Under the pieces are notes generated by a model. That model had not been told where the DNA came from, ran no database searches, and saw only the letters and a program-made list of their open reading frames with translations. A stretch of DNA of 64,000 bases from a virus (lineage: Duplodnaviria > Caudoviricetes): positions 5,031-69,030 of the IMG/VR virus record IMGVR_UViG_3300020017_000193. The stretch is one strand, 5' to 3'. The translations under genes were made by a program, and so were the position numbers. This document shows, one piece after another, positions 45,223-54,161 of this stretch (position 1 is its first letter; each line of letters opens with the position of its first letter).

Positions 45223-45996
45223 ATGGCCGGCGCCACGCCAAAGAGCAAAACCTCAGAAATCAGTGACCGAATCGATGTCTTTGGCTCCGGCCTGAAGGGC
45301 GGCGGTGAGCTTGATATGTTTGAGTGGCATCGCCTTCGTCGAGACCTTGAGGCGCTTGAGCTTGTCCCAGACCAGCGCAGATCTGCACTTTTGCTCCAGG
45401 CTATCATTTGGGAGTTCAGGCACGATCGTGAAAAAATTCAATCACTACTCAGTCAAGCTGCCGGAAAATTCGGTAAAGACCTGAACTGGTATATGACTCG
45501 AGCGAATATGGCGCCGACATTTGGGGATACGACTTTGATAACCGACATGCTCGAGTATGGCTACCCCAAAGACAGCATTCCGCATCTTGATAAGGTTATT
45601 AGCATGTGCAGCCATGCTGGCATGTTTATCAGCGCAAAAAAGGCGCTTGACGAACTCATGAAGATTGACGGTAGGGCAGGGAAATTACTGGAAGGTGAAT
45701 TCCCATTCCTAAGGTCAGCAGCAAGCTATCTAGAGCAGCATGAAATTCCAGAATTGGCCGTGGCAGATCGAATAGTAGCAGCGTCCAAAGCGGTAATTGA
45801 TTCGCGAATCAGGCTGACGTCTTACAAATTAAGATCTGACACGTTCGGTTTGATTTTTGAGTTCATCGTCGATGCAGACATTGACCGCTTGGTAGAAGTG
45901 GATCTGGCAATTTCTGATGTACTAGCAACTCAATTCGAAGAAACCCTGTCGCAGCATCTGATAGTCGGCGTAACCCCCAAGGAAGAGGCTGCGTGA
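45223..45996 (+). CDS. Hypothetical protein (helical-repeat N-terminus, alpha/beta C-terminus)
   Basis: 257 aa; one nt before the HEPN gene start. Confidence 0.75.
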   Translation: MAGATPKSKTSEISDRIDVFGSGLKGGGELDMFEWHRLRRDLEALELVPDQRRSALLLQAIIWEFRHDREKIQSLLSQAAGKFGKDLNWYMTRANMAPTFGDTTLITDMLEYGYPKDSIPHLDKVISMCSHAGMFISAKKALDELMKIDGRAGKLLEGEFPFLRSAASYLEQHEIPELAVADRIVAASKAVIDSRIRLTSYKLRSDTFGLIFEFIVDADIDRLVEVDLAISDVLATQFEETLSQHLIVGVTPKEEAA

Positions 45997-45997
45997 T

Positions 45998-46366
45998 ATG
46001 CCGGTAGAGGCGTCTGAGTTCATGGAAACTGCAAATGGCTTCATGGGGCAGGAAGGGGCGACGGAAATTCAGTGCCGGAACGCAGGTAGTCGGGCCTACT
46101 ACGCGCTTTTTCATGCGGCTCTCAATACGATTGAGAGGAAGGGATTGACTTTGGTAAAGGTCCAAAGCGCCGGAAGTCATGAAAGCGTGATAGCAACGCT
46201 CTGCTCGATGGGCCACTCTGCCAAGTCAATCAGCGAGTCGATGAGCCGAATAAAGCGATTTCGCCACGACTGTGACTACCACGTCGACCTTGAAATTGGC
46301 CCGAAGAAAACTGCAATGCAGGTCTCTGAGGCTCAAATCTTGATCGGCAAGCTAAGCCGGCTTTAA
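45998..46366 (+). CDS. HEPN-domain protein (UPF0332-type)
   Basis: SRAYYALFHAA...GSH...RHDCDY. Confidence 0.82.
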   Translation: MPVEASEFMETANGFMGQEGATEIQCRNAGSRAYYALFHAALNTIERKGLTLVKVQSAGSHESVIATLCSMGHSAKSISESMSRIKRFRHDCDYHVDLEIGPKKTAMQVSEAQILIGKLSRL

Positions 46367-46467
46367 CGGCTATCGAACTTCTCCCCGAAGAACCCCGCCC
46401 ATGCGGGGCTTTCGTGTTGCTCTCTCGTTGATGATAAAGTCCCGCGATAACTCAACGAGGGAACGAT

Positions 46468-46890
46468 ATGAAATTATTCGTAGGTGCTCTGGCGGTAGCG
46501 TTGCTGGCTGGTTGTGCGACTTCACCGGTTCCGTCCGACAAGGCTCGCCCAGCGCCATCCGAAAGGGTAAGCGGCTACCAAAAGCCAGTGTCTGGTGGTA
46601 GTTCGCTAATCGTGACGAGAGACACAGGGTTTCTCGGCGGCGGTTGCTTTGCGACAATCTTTCTAAATGGGGCGCCCGTGGCGAAGCTGGACACTGGCGA
46701 GAAAGCTGTCTTCCAGGTGCCGTCGGGCGAATGGCTGCTTGGTACGGCATTAGACGGTTCAGCACTCTGCGCCGCCAATCCAGAGAGAATGGAGACTTCG
46801 GTAGTACTGAAGCCGGGTCAGCAGAAGAAATTCAGAGTGTTCCTTCCTGCTGGTGGTGGGTCGATAGCCGTGCAGCCGAGCAGCTTCTAA
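46468..46890 (+). CDS. DUF2846-like lipoprotein
   Basis: Lipobox LAGC; LIVTRD.GF.G.GC...IFLNG..VAKLDTGE. Confidence 0.8.
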   Translation: MKLFVGALAVALLAGCATSPVPSDKARPAPSERVSGYQKPVSGGSSLIVTRDTGFLGGGCFATIFLNGAPVAKLDTGEKAVFQVPSGEWLLGTALDGSALCAANPERMETSVVLKPGQQKKFRVFLPAGGGSIAVQPSSF

Positions 46891-46910
46891 GTATCTAAGG
46901 AGAAGTTGAT

Positions 46911-47321
46911 ATGTCACAGGTTATCGTTTTGGGTTGGCTCATTGTTGCCGGACTCACGGCCGTGGCGGCACACGCGAAGAACAGGTCGGCTTTCGAAGGG
47001 TTTTTGGTGGGGATTTTCTTTCCTGTTCTTGGAATGGTCATTTACCTAATAATCAAGCCATCCCCGGGAAAATCATCGTCTATTAAAAATGGGCTTCTTG
47101 TTAACTCTAGCGGGGAGAGGGCCTGCCCTAGCTGCTCAGAGTTTGTAAAAATGCAGGCGTCCAAGTGCAAGCACTGCGGAAGCGATCTGACGTCAATCAC
47201 TGACGCTGAAGCAAAGGCTGCGCACGACGCTGTGTATGGGCCCATGAGAAGCCACCGAACTATTCTCGTTTTGTTGTTGGGAATAGCTGTTGTGGCTTTC
47301 GGATATTTTAATCAGCAATAA
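46911..47321 (+). CDS. Membrane protein with a zinc ribbon
   Basis: Two N-terminal TMs, CPSC...KCKHCG, C-terminal TM. Confidence 0.78.
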   Translation: MSQVIVLGWLIVAGLTAVAAHAKNRSAFEGFLVGIFFPVLGMVIYLIIKPSPGKSSSIKNGLLVNSSGERACPSCSEFVKMQASKCKHCGSDLTSITDAEAKAAHDAVYGPMRSHRTILVLLLGIAVVAFGYFNQQ

Positions 47322-47376
47322 ATAAACACCTTCACAAACCCGCTCCGGCGGGTTTTTTATTGCCCGGAGAAAACTG

Positions 47377-50300
47377 ATGAGCACCAACTTCGCCTCCCTG
47401 GGCATTGCAGTCGAGTCCTCACAAGCAGCGAAGGCCGCTGACGATCTGGATAAATTGGTTGATTCCGCAGAGGGTGCTCAGAAGGCTATCGATGACCTAG
47501 GAAAGTCCGGCGAGGGTATGGCCAACACCGGTAAGAAGATCACCCAGGCCGAGGCCGAATTAGCTCAGGGCGTTGAAAAGTCGACTGCCGCTATAGATCG
47601 GCGGTCTGGGGCAAGTCGCAAAGCGACTGAAAGCGCCGCCGCAGAGATCACCGTTATCAGCCGGCTCGACAAGGCGATGACGGGCAATATGGACAGCATT
47701 GAATCCTTAGTGCGGGCAGAGGGTTTGTTGGAGCGCGCTCGCAAAGGCGGCTTGGTCACCATCGAAGAGCAGGCAAAGTACCAGGATCAGTTGGGAAAGG
47801 CCTACGACAAGATTGAAAAGGCAGAAGCCAAGGAGTTGGCGCAGAAACAGAAGCTGATTGATGCCGAAAACCGCCAGATCGAGGCGCTGAAACGCACGGT
47901 TAACGGAATCGACCCGGTGACCGCCAAGCTGGCGAAGCTGGAGGCCCAAGAGAAAGCGCTAAGCGATCTGCACAAAGCAGGTCAGATAGATGCTGAACGA
48001 TACCAGTATGCCCTGGCCAAGATCGGTAAAGACCGTGCCGGGCTGACCGCGACGGAGACTGCGTTCGACAAATTGAAGCTCGGCACTCGCCAGGCCCAAG
48101 AGAACGTAATGCAGCTTGCTAACGCCCTGCAGTCGGGCGATCTGGGGAGCGGTGCGCGAGCCATTGCACAATTGGGTGCTGGTGCCGGCGAATCAGCGCG
48201 AAGTCTGGCGGGGATGATAATTCCAGCCGGCCTGCTGGTGGCCGTTCTTGGGTCGCTTGGCTACGCCTATTTTGATGCAATGAAGCAGGCGCGCGAGTTC
48301 AATGCCGCAATTAATGGCGGAACCAACGGCGCCGGCCAGACAATTGCCAGCTTGAAGGATATGGCCGACGGCGCCGGGCGAATCACTGGAAATCTATCCG
48401 GCGCGCGTGAAGCGGTTGTGTCGCTTGCGTCGGGGGCCGCAACAAGCGGCACGCAGATGCGCAACCTGGCTGAGGCAGCGGCAGCGATCAGCGAAATTAC
48501 GGGGCAGGGCGCTGGCGAACTCGCGAAGTCTTTCGCCACTGCTGGGGATACGGCTACGGAGGCTGCGGGCAAAATCAGCAGCCAGTATGGGCTACTGACC
48601 CTCGATCAGTACCAGGTGATCAAGGGGATTGATGACCAGGGCGATCATCAGCGCGCGCTTGATGTCCTGAGTGGCAATTTGAATGAGGCGGCGTTAGAGC
48701 GACTCAGGGCCTATCGCGGGTCTCTATCCGATATTGAGCGAGACTGGGACGACGTAGGGGAAGCTACGAAACGCGCTTACTCATATATTAGGTCGGAAGC
48801 TTCCCCAGACCTCGCAAAGCAGATCGAGATTACCCAGCGCGTGCTGGATACCCGCAAGGGTGGCGGATTCGCCGGCGCAGTCTCCAGCGGGCTGAGCTCG
48901 CTCAATACTGCGCTAGGCTTGGATACCGGCGAGCATGACGACTCCACTGAGGCGCTGGAGAAGAAACTCGCGAGCCTGAAGGCCAGGCAGGCAGCCAGTG
49001 CCAATCTGGCAATCATCACTGGCGAGAACACCGACGCAAACCAGAAAGCTATCAAGGTCCAAAAAGAACTGGATGCGCAGCTCGATGAGATTAACCCTCT
49101 AAACAAGCGCTCAGCGGGGCTGGACAAGCTCAACGACAAATTCAGAACGCTTTACGAGAACGCTGAGAGGACGGGCCAAAAGTCCAAGCTTCTGGATGGC
49201 GTCGATTTTGACGGTAAAAAGTTCTCAGGGGGTGCTTACGACACCTTGCTGAAAGGGCTCAACGACAAAAACAAAGACGCGAAGGCAGCAGGCTCTCAAG
49301 TCGACCTGACCAGCTTCAACAATGCCAAGAACAACCTGTCCGATATCGTCACGGACTACCGAAACGCCCAGAAGGAACTTGAGGCGCAGCAAAAGGCCGG
49401 TGTGGTATCGCTGTCGGACTATGCCAAGCAACGCTCGGCCCTGATCAACCAGGAAAAGGATGATGTGACGGCTGCGTACCAGGCTGAGATCGATGCCCTG
49501 GAAGCGGCCAAGGCCAAGAAAGGCACAACGGCGGCTCAGAGCATCCAGCTTGATCAGAAGATCGCCGATGCACGCACCGGAATGGTTAAGGCTCAAAAGG
49601 ACGCCGATAGCCAGCTGACGATCATCGCCACAAGCGAGAAGGGCCGCCTGGAGCAACTTACGGCCGCTTCTGAGGCGTACGTCAATCAGCTGGAGCGTCA
49701 GCGTGCGGCACTGGAAGCCGCTGGCTCCCGCGCAGCAAATGGGCTTGGGCTGGGCGACCGGCAAGCAGGATTGCAAGCCAGCTTCGACGCAACCACGGAC
49801 AAGTTCAACGACGAGCGCGCCAAACTTCTGGATCGTCGTAAGACAGCGCCTGATAAGTACAGCCAGGAAGACTACTTGCGCGACCTGGCCAGCCTGGAGG
49901 ACGCGGAAAGGAAGTACCGCGCCACGGTGGTCGACAACTATGACCAGATGTCGGAGGCCCAAGGTAACTGGCGTAGCGGGGCTTCGTCGGCTTTCCAGAA
50001 CTACCTCCAGTCTGCCAACGATGTGGCTGGCCAGACCAAGAGCCTGTTCACGAATGCCTTTTCCAGTATGGAAGATGCGGTCGCAAATTTTGCTGTCACC
50101 GGCAAGCTTTCGTTTTCCGACTTCACCAAGTCGATTTTGGCGGACATGGCGCGCATCGCTACTCGGCAGGCAGCATCCAGCATTTTTTCGAGCATAGCGG
50201 CTGCGTGGGGCGGGGGAGGTACCAGCTTCGGCTCCAGCATCGGCAGCGCTCTGGTCGAGGGAAGGGCGTCTGGTGGGCCTGTCGATCCGAACACCCTGTA

Positions 50301-50640
50301 TGAGGTTAACGAAAAGGGGCCTGAGCTTTTCAGTCAGGGCGGGCGATCGTACCTGATGACTGGCGCGGAAGGCGGTAGCGTCACTCCGCTGATGACGGGC
50401 GGCGGCTCAATCATGGCTGCAGCTGGCGATGGGGGGGGTGGGGGAGGCGGCAACACCTACAACTTCCCCGTATTGGTGTCTGTGCAAACAGCTGGCACCG
50501 GCGGCACTGCTACGCAGGAAGATACCACTCAGGCGGGTAGAAACATCCAACAGGTCACCAAAGCAGAAGCTGAAGCAGCGATAGCCAGAGGCGTACAGCC
50601 AGGCGGTGCTATTTGGCGAGCAATCAATGGGAGAGGGTAA
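47377..50640 (+). CDS. Tail tape measure protein (lambda family)
   Basis: 1087 aa Ala-rich helical; C-terminal SFSDFTKSILADMARI and GGPV...YEVNEKGPE. Confidence 0.95.
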   Translation: MSTNFASLGIAVESSQAAKAADDLDKLVDSAEGAQKAIDDLGKSGEGMANTGKKITQAEAELAQGVEKSTAAIDRRSGASRKATESAAAEITVISRLDKAMTGNMDSIESLVRAEGLLERARKGGLVTIEEQAKYQDQLGKAYDKIEKAEAKELAQKQKLIDAENRQIEALKRTVNGIDPVTAKLAKLEAQEKALSDLHKAGQIDAERYQYALAKIGKDRAGLTATETAFDKLKLGTRQAQENVMQLANALQSGDLGSGARAIAQLGAGAGESARSLAGMIIPAGLLVAVLGSLGYAYFDAMKQAREFNAAINGGTNGAGQTIASLKDMADGAGRITGNLSGAREAVVSLASGAATSGTQMRNLAEAAAAISEITGQGAGELAKSFATAGDTATEAAGKISSQYGLLTLDQYQVIKGIDDQGDHQRALDVLSGNLNEAALERLRAYRGSLSDIERDWDDVGEATKRAYSYIRSEASPDLAKQIEITQRVLDTRKGGGFAGAVSSGLSSLNTALGLDTGEHDDSTEALEKKLASLKARQAASANLAIITGENTDANQKAIKVQKELDAQLDEINPLNKRSAGLDKLNDKFRTLYENAERTGQKSKLLDGVDFDGKKFSGGAYDTLLKGLNDKNKDAKAAGSQVDLTSFNNAKNNLSDIVTDYRNAQKELEAQQKAGVVSLSDYAKQRSALINQEKDDVTAAYQAEIDALEAAKAKKGTTAAQSIQLDQKIADARTGMVKAQKDADSQLTIIATSEKGRLEQLTAASEAYVNQLERQRAALEAAGSRAANGLGLGDRQAGLQASFDATTDKFNDERAKLLDRRKTAPDKYSQEDYLRDLASLEDAERKYRATVVDNYDQMSEAQGNWRSGASSAFQNYLQSANDVAGQTKSLFTNAFSSMEDAVANFAVTGKLSFSDFTKSILADMARIATRQAASSIFSSIAAAWGGGGTSFGSSIGSALVEGRASGGPVDPNTLYEVNEKGPELFSQGGRSYLMTGAEGGSVTPLMTGGGSIMAAAGDGGGGGGGNTYNFPVLVSVQTAGTGGTATQEDTTQAGRNIQQVTKAEAEAAIARGVQPGGAIWRAINGRG

Positions 50641-50951
50641 TGGCGTTCGAATATGACCGAAGTGCGCTTTTGATGTCACTCACTGGAGCGTTGTCTGAGT
50701 TCTTTTTCAAAGGCGTCGGGGATGCCACTACCGCCGGAGAGATCAGAGAGAGATCGAAAGCGATGGGCGTTGCCATTGGCAGAATTCAGGCTCTGATCAT
50801 GGAGCCTGGTGAGGTTGGCCCAAGCATCGTTGCTGAGGTCCACCGCCTGGAGAGACTGATCAGCGATTCGGTCACCGAAGGGATGGGCAAAAGGATTCGG
50901 CCAGGCGGTGATCTTTGGAAGACATTGCAGGAGCGTGTTGATGGCGATTGA
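50640..50951 (+). CDS. Hypothetical protein inserted between the tape measure and M genes
   Basis: TAATG coupling to the tape measure stop; overlaps the start of M. Confidence 0.6.
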   Translation: MAFEYDRSALLMSLTGALSEFFFKGVGDATTAGEIRERSKAMGVAIGRIQALIMEPGEVGPSIVAEVHRLERLISDSVTEGMGKRIRPGGDLWKTLQERVDGD

Positions 50952-51279
50952 GACATTCACCTGGGCCACCCAGAACGGAGAAGCGCCCGATATCAAATAT
51001 CGGGTGCGCACCTCCCAGTTCGGGGATGGCTACAAGCAAGAGGTCGGGGATGGGATCAACAACAAAGTCGATGCCTACCCGGTAACCCACACGGGGAACA
51101 CCGCGACGGCTGCGGCCATGATGGCGTTCTTCGACCGACACCAGGGCGCCAAGGCCTTCCGGTGGACCACGCCACTGGGCCAGCTCGGCCTGTTCACCTG
51201 CAAGAACCCAACCCCCACCCCTATGGGTGGCGGCGTATTCAAAGTGACAGCGACGTTCGAGCGCGCTTTCCACCCGTAA
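50941..51279 (+). CDS. Distal/minor tail protein (lambda M-like)
   Basis: METFTW...FGDGY.Q...GIN...FFDRHQGAKAF.WT.P. Confidence 0.9.
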   Translation: MAIETFTWATQNGEAPDIKYRVRTSQFGDGYKQEVGDGINNKVDAYPVTHTGNTATAAAMMAFFDRHQGAKAFRWTTPLGQLGLFTCKNPTPTPMGGGVFKVTATFERAFHP

Positions 51280-51289
51280 AGGTCAATTT

Positions 51290-52039
51290 ATGTCGCTGAT
51301 CAATGCTATCCAGACTCTTGAGCCTGGGAACGAAGTCATGCTGTTTGAACTGAACGGCAGCGATTATGGCGCCGATGTGCTGCGCTTCCATGGCCATGCG
51401 ATCCCGCACACGCCTGCCGAACTGATCGCTGCCGGCGTCGATGCCGATCAACTGCCGGCTAAGTCTATCTGGTGGAAGGGCGAAGAGTACGGCGCCTGGC
51501 CGATGCAGTACGAGGGCAGCGAGGCGAACGGCGACGGCACTGCGGTAAGGCCGAAGCTGTCGGTCGGAAACGTCAACGGGCGCATCACAGCCCTGTGCTT
51601 GGCCTTTGAGGATCTGCTCGAGTTCAAGCTGACCATCCGCAATACGCTGGCCGAGTTTCTCGACGCATTGAACTTCGAAGGCGGCAACCCTACGGCTGAT
51701 CCCACCCAGGAATCGATCGAGGTCTGGTATGTCGACCAGAAGACCAACGAGGACGGCGAAACGGTCAGCTGGGACTTGGCCAGCCCGGGCGATGTCGGCG
51801 GTGAAACGATCGGCCGGCAGATGACCACGCTGTGTCACTGGTGTCTCACCGGTGGCTATCGAGGCCCAAACTGCGGATACACCGGTCCCTACGTCACGAA
51901 GGACGGGGTGGTTACCGATGATGCTGAATTGGACGTGTGCGACGCCACCCTGGGGAAGGGTTGCATCCCGCGATTCGGCGAGGGCAACCCCTACCCATTC
52001 GGTGGATTTCCCGCTGTGTCACTCATTGCCCGGAGCTGA
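51290..52039 (+). CDS. Minor tail protein L
   Basis: Cys motifs CHWC...C.Y.G...C...C..RFG, FGGFP. Confidence 0.92.
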   Translation: MSLINAIQTLEPGNEVMLFELNGSDYGADVLRFHGHAIPHTPAELIAAGVDADQLPAKSIWWKGEEYGAWPMQYEGSEANGDGTAVRPKLSVGNVNGRITALCLAFEDLLEFKLTIRNTLAEFLDALNFEGGNPTADPTQESIEVWYVDQKTNEDGETVSWDLASPGDVGGETIGRQMTTLCHWCLTGGYRGPNCGYTGPYVTKDGVVTDDAELDVCDATLGKGCIPRFGEGNPYPFGGFPAVSLIARS

Positions 52040-52042
52040 AGA

Positions 52043-52822
52043 ATGCGCAAACACATCATTGCGGCCATCCAGGCGCATGCAGCGGCCGAGTACCCGAAAG
52101 AGTGCTGCGGCTTGGTGCTGGCCGTGGGCAGAGCGCAGAAATACTTTCCGTGCCGGAACATAGCCACGGAGCCAAACGAAGAGTTCCGGCTTGATCCTGA
52201 GGACTACGCCGCAGCGGAAGACGAGGGCGAGGTGATCGGTATTGTGCATTCGCATCCCGACGCCACCAGCAGGCCGTCGTCGCGGGACCTGGCCATGTGC
52301 GAAGCCACCGCCTTGCCCTGGCACATTCTGTCCTGGCCAGAGGGCGACCTGCGCACCATCACTCCAACGCGCAGCACGCCGCTGCTCAAGCGCCCGTTTG
52401 TACACGGCGCCTGGGACTGCTGGCAGGTCTGCGCCGATTGGTATCAGCGGGAGTGGGGCCTTGAATTTGAAGCTTTCCAGCGCGCCGATGGCTGGTGGGA
52501 GAGCGCGGAAAGCACCAGTCTGTATGAGGCGAACTATGCGGCCGCCGCCTTCGAGCAGGTCGACAGCCCACGGCGAGGCGACATGATCGTGATGGAGATA
52601 GGCCGCACGGCTCACCCGAACCACGCTGGTATTTACCTGGGCGCTGACCCGGCGCTGCCAGGTGAAGAGTCTGGCGCGTTCGGCCCCGGGCCTTTCGTCC
52701 TGCACCACCTTTATGGACGGCCGTCAGAGGTAATCGTCTATGGCGGGCCATGGCTTCAGCGCACCCGCCTAATTCTTCGACACAAGGAGGCCCGAGGAGC
52801 GCCATCGTTTATTCGCCGATGA
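52043..52822 (+). CDS. Tail assembly protein K (JAB/MPN + NlpC/P60)
   Basis: E.CG, VHSHPD...S..D; DCW...NHAGIY...LHH. Confidence 0.92.
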   Translation: MRKHIIAAIQAHAAAEYPKECCGLVLAVGRAQKYFPCRNIATEPNEEFRLDPEDYAAAEDEGEVIGIVHSHPDATSRPSSRDLAMCEATALPWHILSWPEGDLRTITPTRSTPLLKRPFVHGAWDCWQVCADWYQREWGLEFEAFQRADGWWESAESTSLYEANYAAAAFEQVDSPRRGDMIVMEIGRTAHPNHAGIYLGADPALPGEESGAFGPGPFVLHHLYGRPSEVIVYGGPWLQRTRLILRHKEARGAPSFIRR

Positions 52823-53376
52823 CCACCATCAAGCTGTCGGGATCACTGGCCCAGAAGTTCGGTCGGCTGCACCAGCGTCAGGTTGGCTCCGGCGACACCT
52901 GGGAAGTCTTCCGGGCACTGAAGGCCACCATTGAAGGATTCGAGGCAGAGATTCGCCGCCTTGACCGTCTGGGCCTGCGCTTCGCAATTTTCCGCAATCG
53001 CAAAAATGTCGGGGCAGATGAGTTCGGTATGGGTGGCGCCAAGGAAATCAGGATTGTGCCGGTGGTGGAGGGTGCCAAGCGTGCAGGCCTACTCCAGACA
53101 ATCATCGGAGTTGTACTGATTGCGGCGTCCTACTTCACTGGCGGATCGACCCTCAGTACAGGTATAGCGCTGGTCGCGGGCGGTGTAATCCAGATGCTGA
53201 GCCCTCAGGCGTCGGGACTTAAGCAGAGCGCGTCCCCGGAAAACATGCCCAGCTATGCGTTCGGCAGCGCCAAGAACACCACGGCCAGCGGCAACCCGGT
53301 CCCCATCTGTATCGGCGAACGCCGATGGGGCGGGGCAATTATATCTGCGTCGATTTACGCAGAAGACAAGGCGTGA
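52819..53376 (+). CDS. Tail assembly protein I
   Basis: IKLSGSLAQKFGR...SYAFGSAKNTTASGNPVPICIG. Confidence 0.9.
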   Translation: MTTIKLSGSLAQKFGRLHQRQVGSGDTWEVFRALKATIEGFEAEIRRLDRLGLRFAIFRNRKNVGADEFGMGGAKEIRIVPVVEGAKRAGLLQTIIGVVLIAASYFTGGSTLSTGIALVAGGVIQMLSPQASGLKQSASPENMPSYAFGSAKNTTASGNPVPICIGERRWGGAIISASIYAEDKA

Positions 53377-53411
53377 CATGCTCAAGACTGTAATGTCTAG
53401 AGGCTTCAAGG

Positions 53412-54104
53412 ATGGAAAGCATTTCCTTTGCAATGGTTAGGCAGTGGGGCAATAACGGTGGTTACCGGTATCCGAAGTCTATAAGTCAAATTTGCCCTTT
53501 TTGTTGCGACTTGGTTACCTACTCTACAGCGGTGTCTTACCATGATACTTCAACAACAAGTATTGGATTACGAGCATCCTGTCCATCGTGCAGTGAGTAT
53601 GTTTCGTTTTGGTCTGTAAAAAGCCAAGCCTCTAATGAAAACGACGGCAATCCAGCCGAAGTTTTCATGTATCCACGATCTAGACCATCGCTGTTGGTGA
53701 CGGACTTCCCAGAGTCGGTCCCTGTCGCTATCCGGCGTTCTTTTGAGTCAACATCAACGTCATTTATGACAAAAAACTATCCCGCGACCGCCGTTATGGC
53801 TCGCCGAACCCTTGAAGGTATTTTCAAATACCTGCTTCCTGAAGCAAGTCGAAAAGGAAATTTGGCAACGTTGATAAAGCAGGCAATGGCGCAACACAAC
53901 CTGGCTGCCCCGCTTTCTACTTTGTCCCACGCTATTCGCGATGGTGGGAATCTGGGGGCGCATTTCGACGAAGAAAATGAGCCAACTGAGCTGATGGCTC
54001 AGCAGATGGTAGAGCTTCTTAAGTACCTGATTTCATATTTATATGTTCTTCCGAGCCAGATAAAAGACCTCGAAGACTCACTCGCCAAAGAACCACCAAT
54101 ATAA
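53412..54104 (+). CDS. DUF4145 (HEPN) protein with an N-terminal Zn ribbon
   Basis: CPFC...CPSC; AVMARRTLE; IRDGGNLGAH. Confidence 0.85.
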   Translation: MESISFAMVRQWGNNGGYRYPKSISQICPFCCDLVTYSTAVSYHDTSTTSIGLRASCPSCSEYVSFWSVKSQASNENDGNPAEVFMYPRSRPSLLVTDFPESVPVAIRRSFESTSTSFMTKNYPATAVMARRTLEGIFKYLLPEASRKGNLATLIKQAMAQHNLAAPLSTLSHAIRDGGNLGAHFDEENEPTELMAQQMVELLKYLISYLYVLPSQIKDLEDSLAKEPPI

Positions 54105-54161
54105 AGCCCTTTTATTTACCGAACCGCCCTTGAGGCGGTTTTTTATTGCCTGGAGAAAAAC

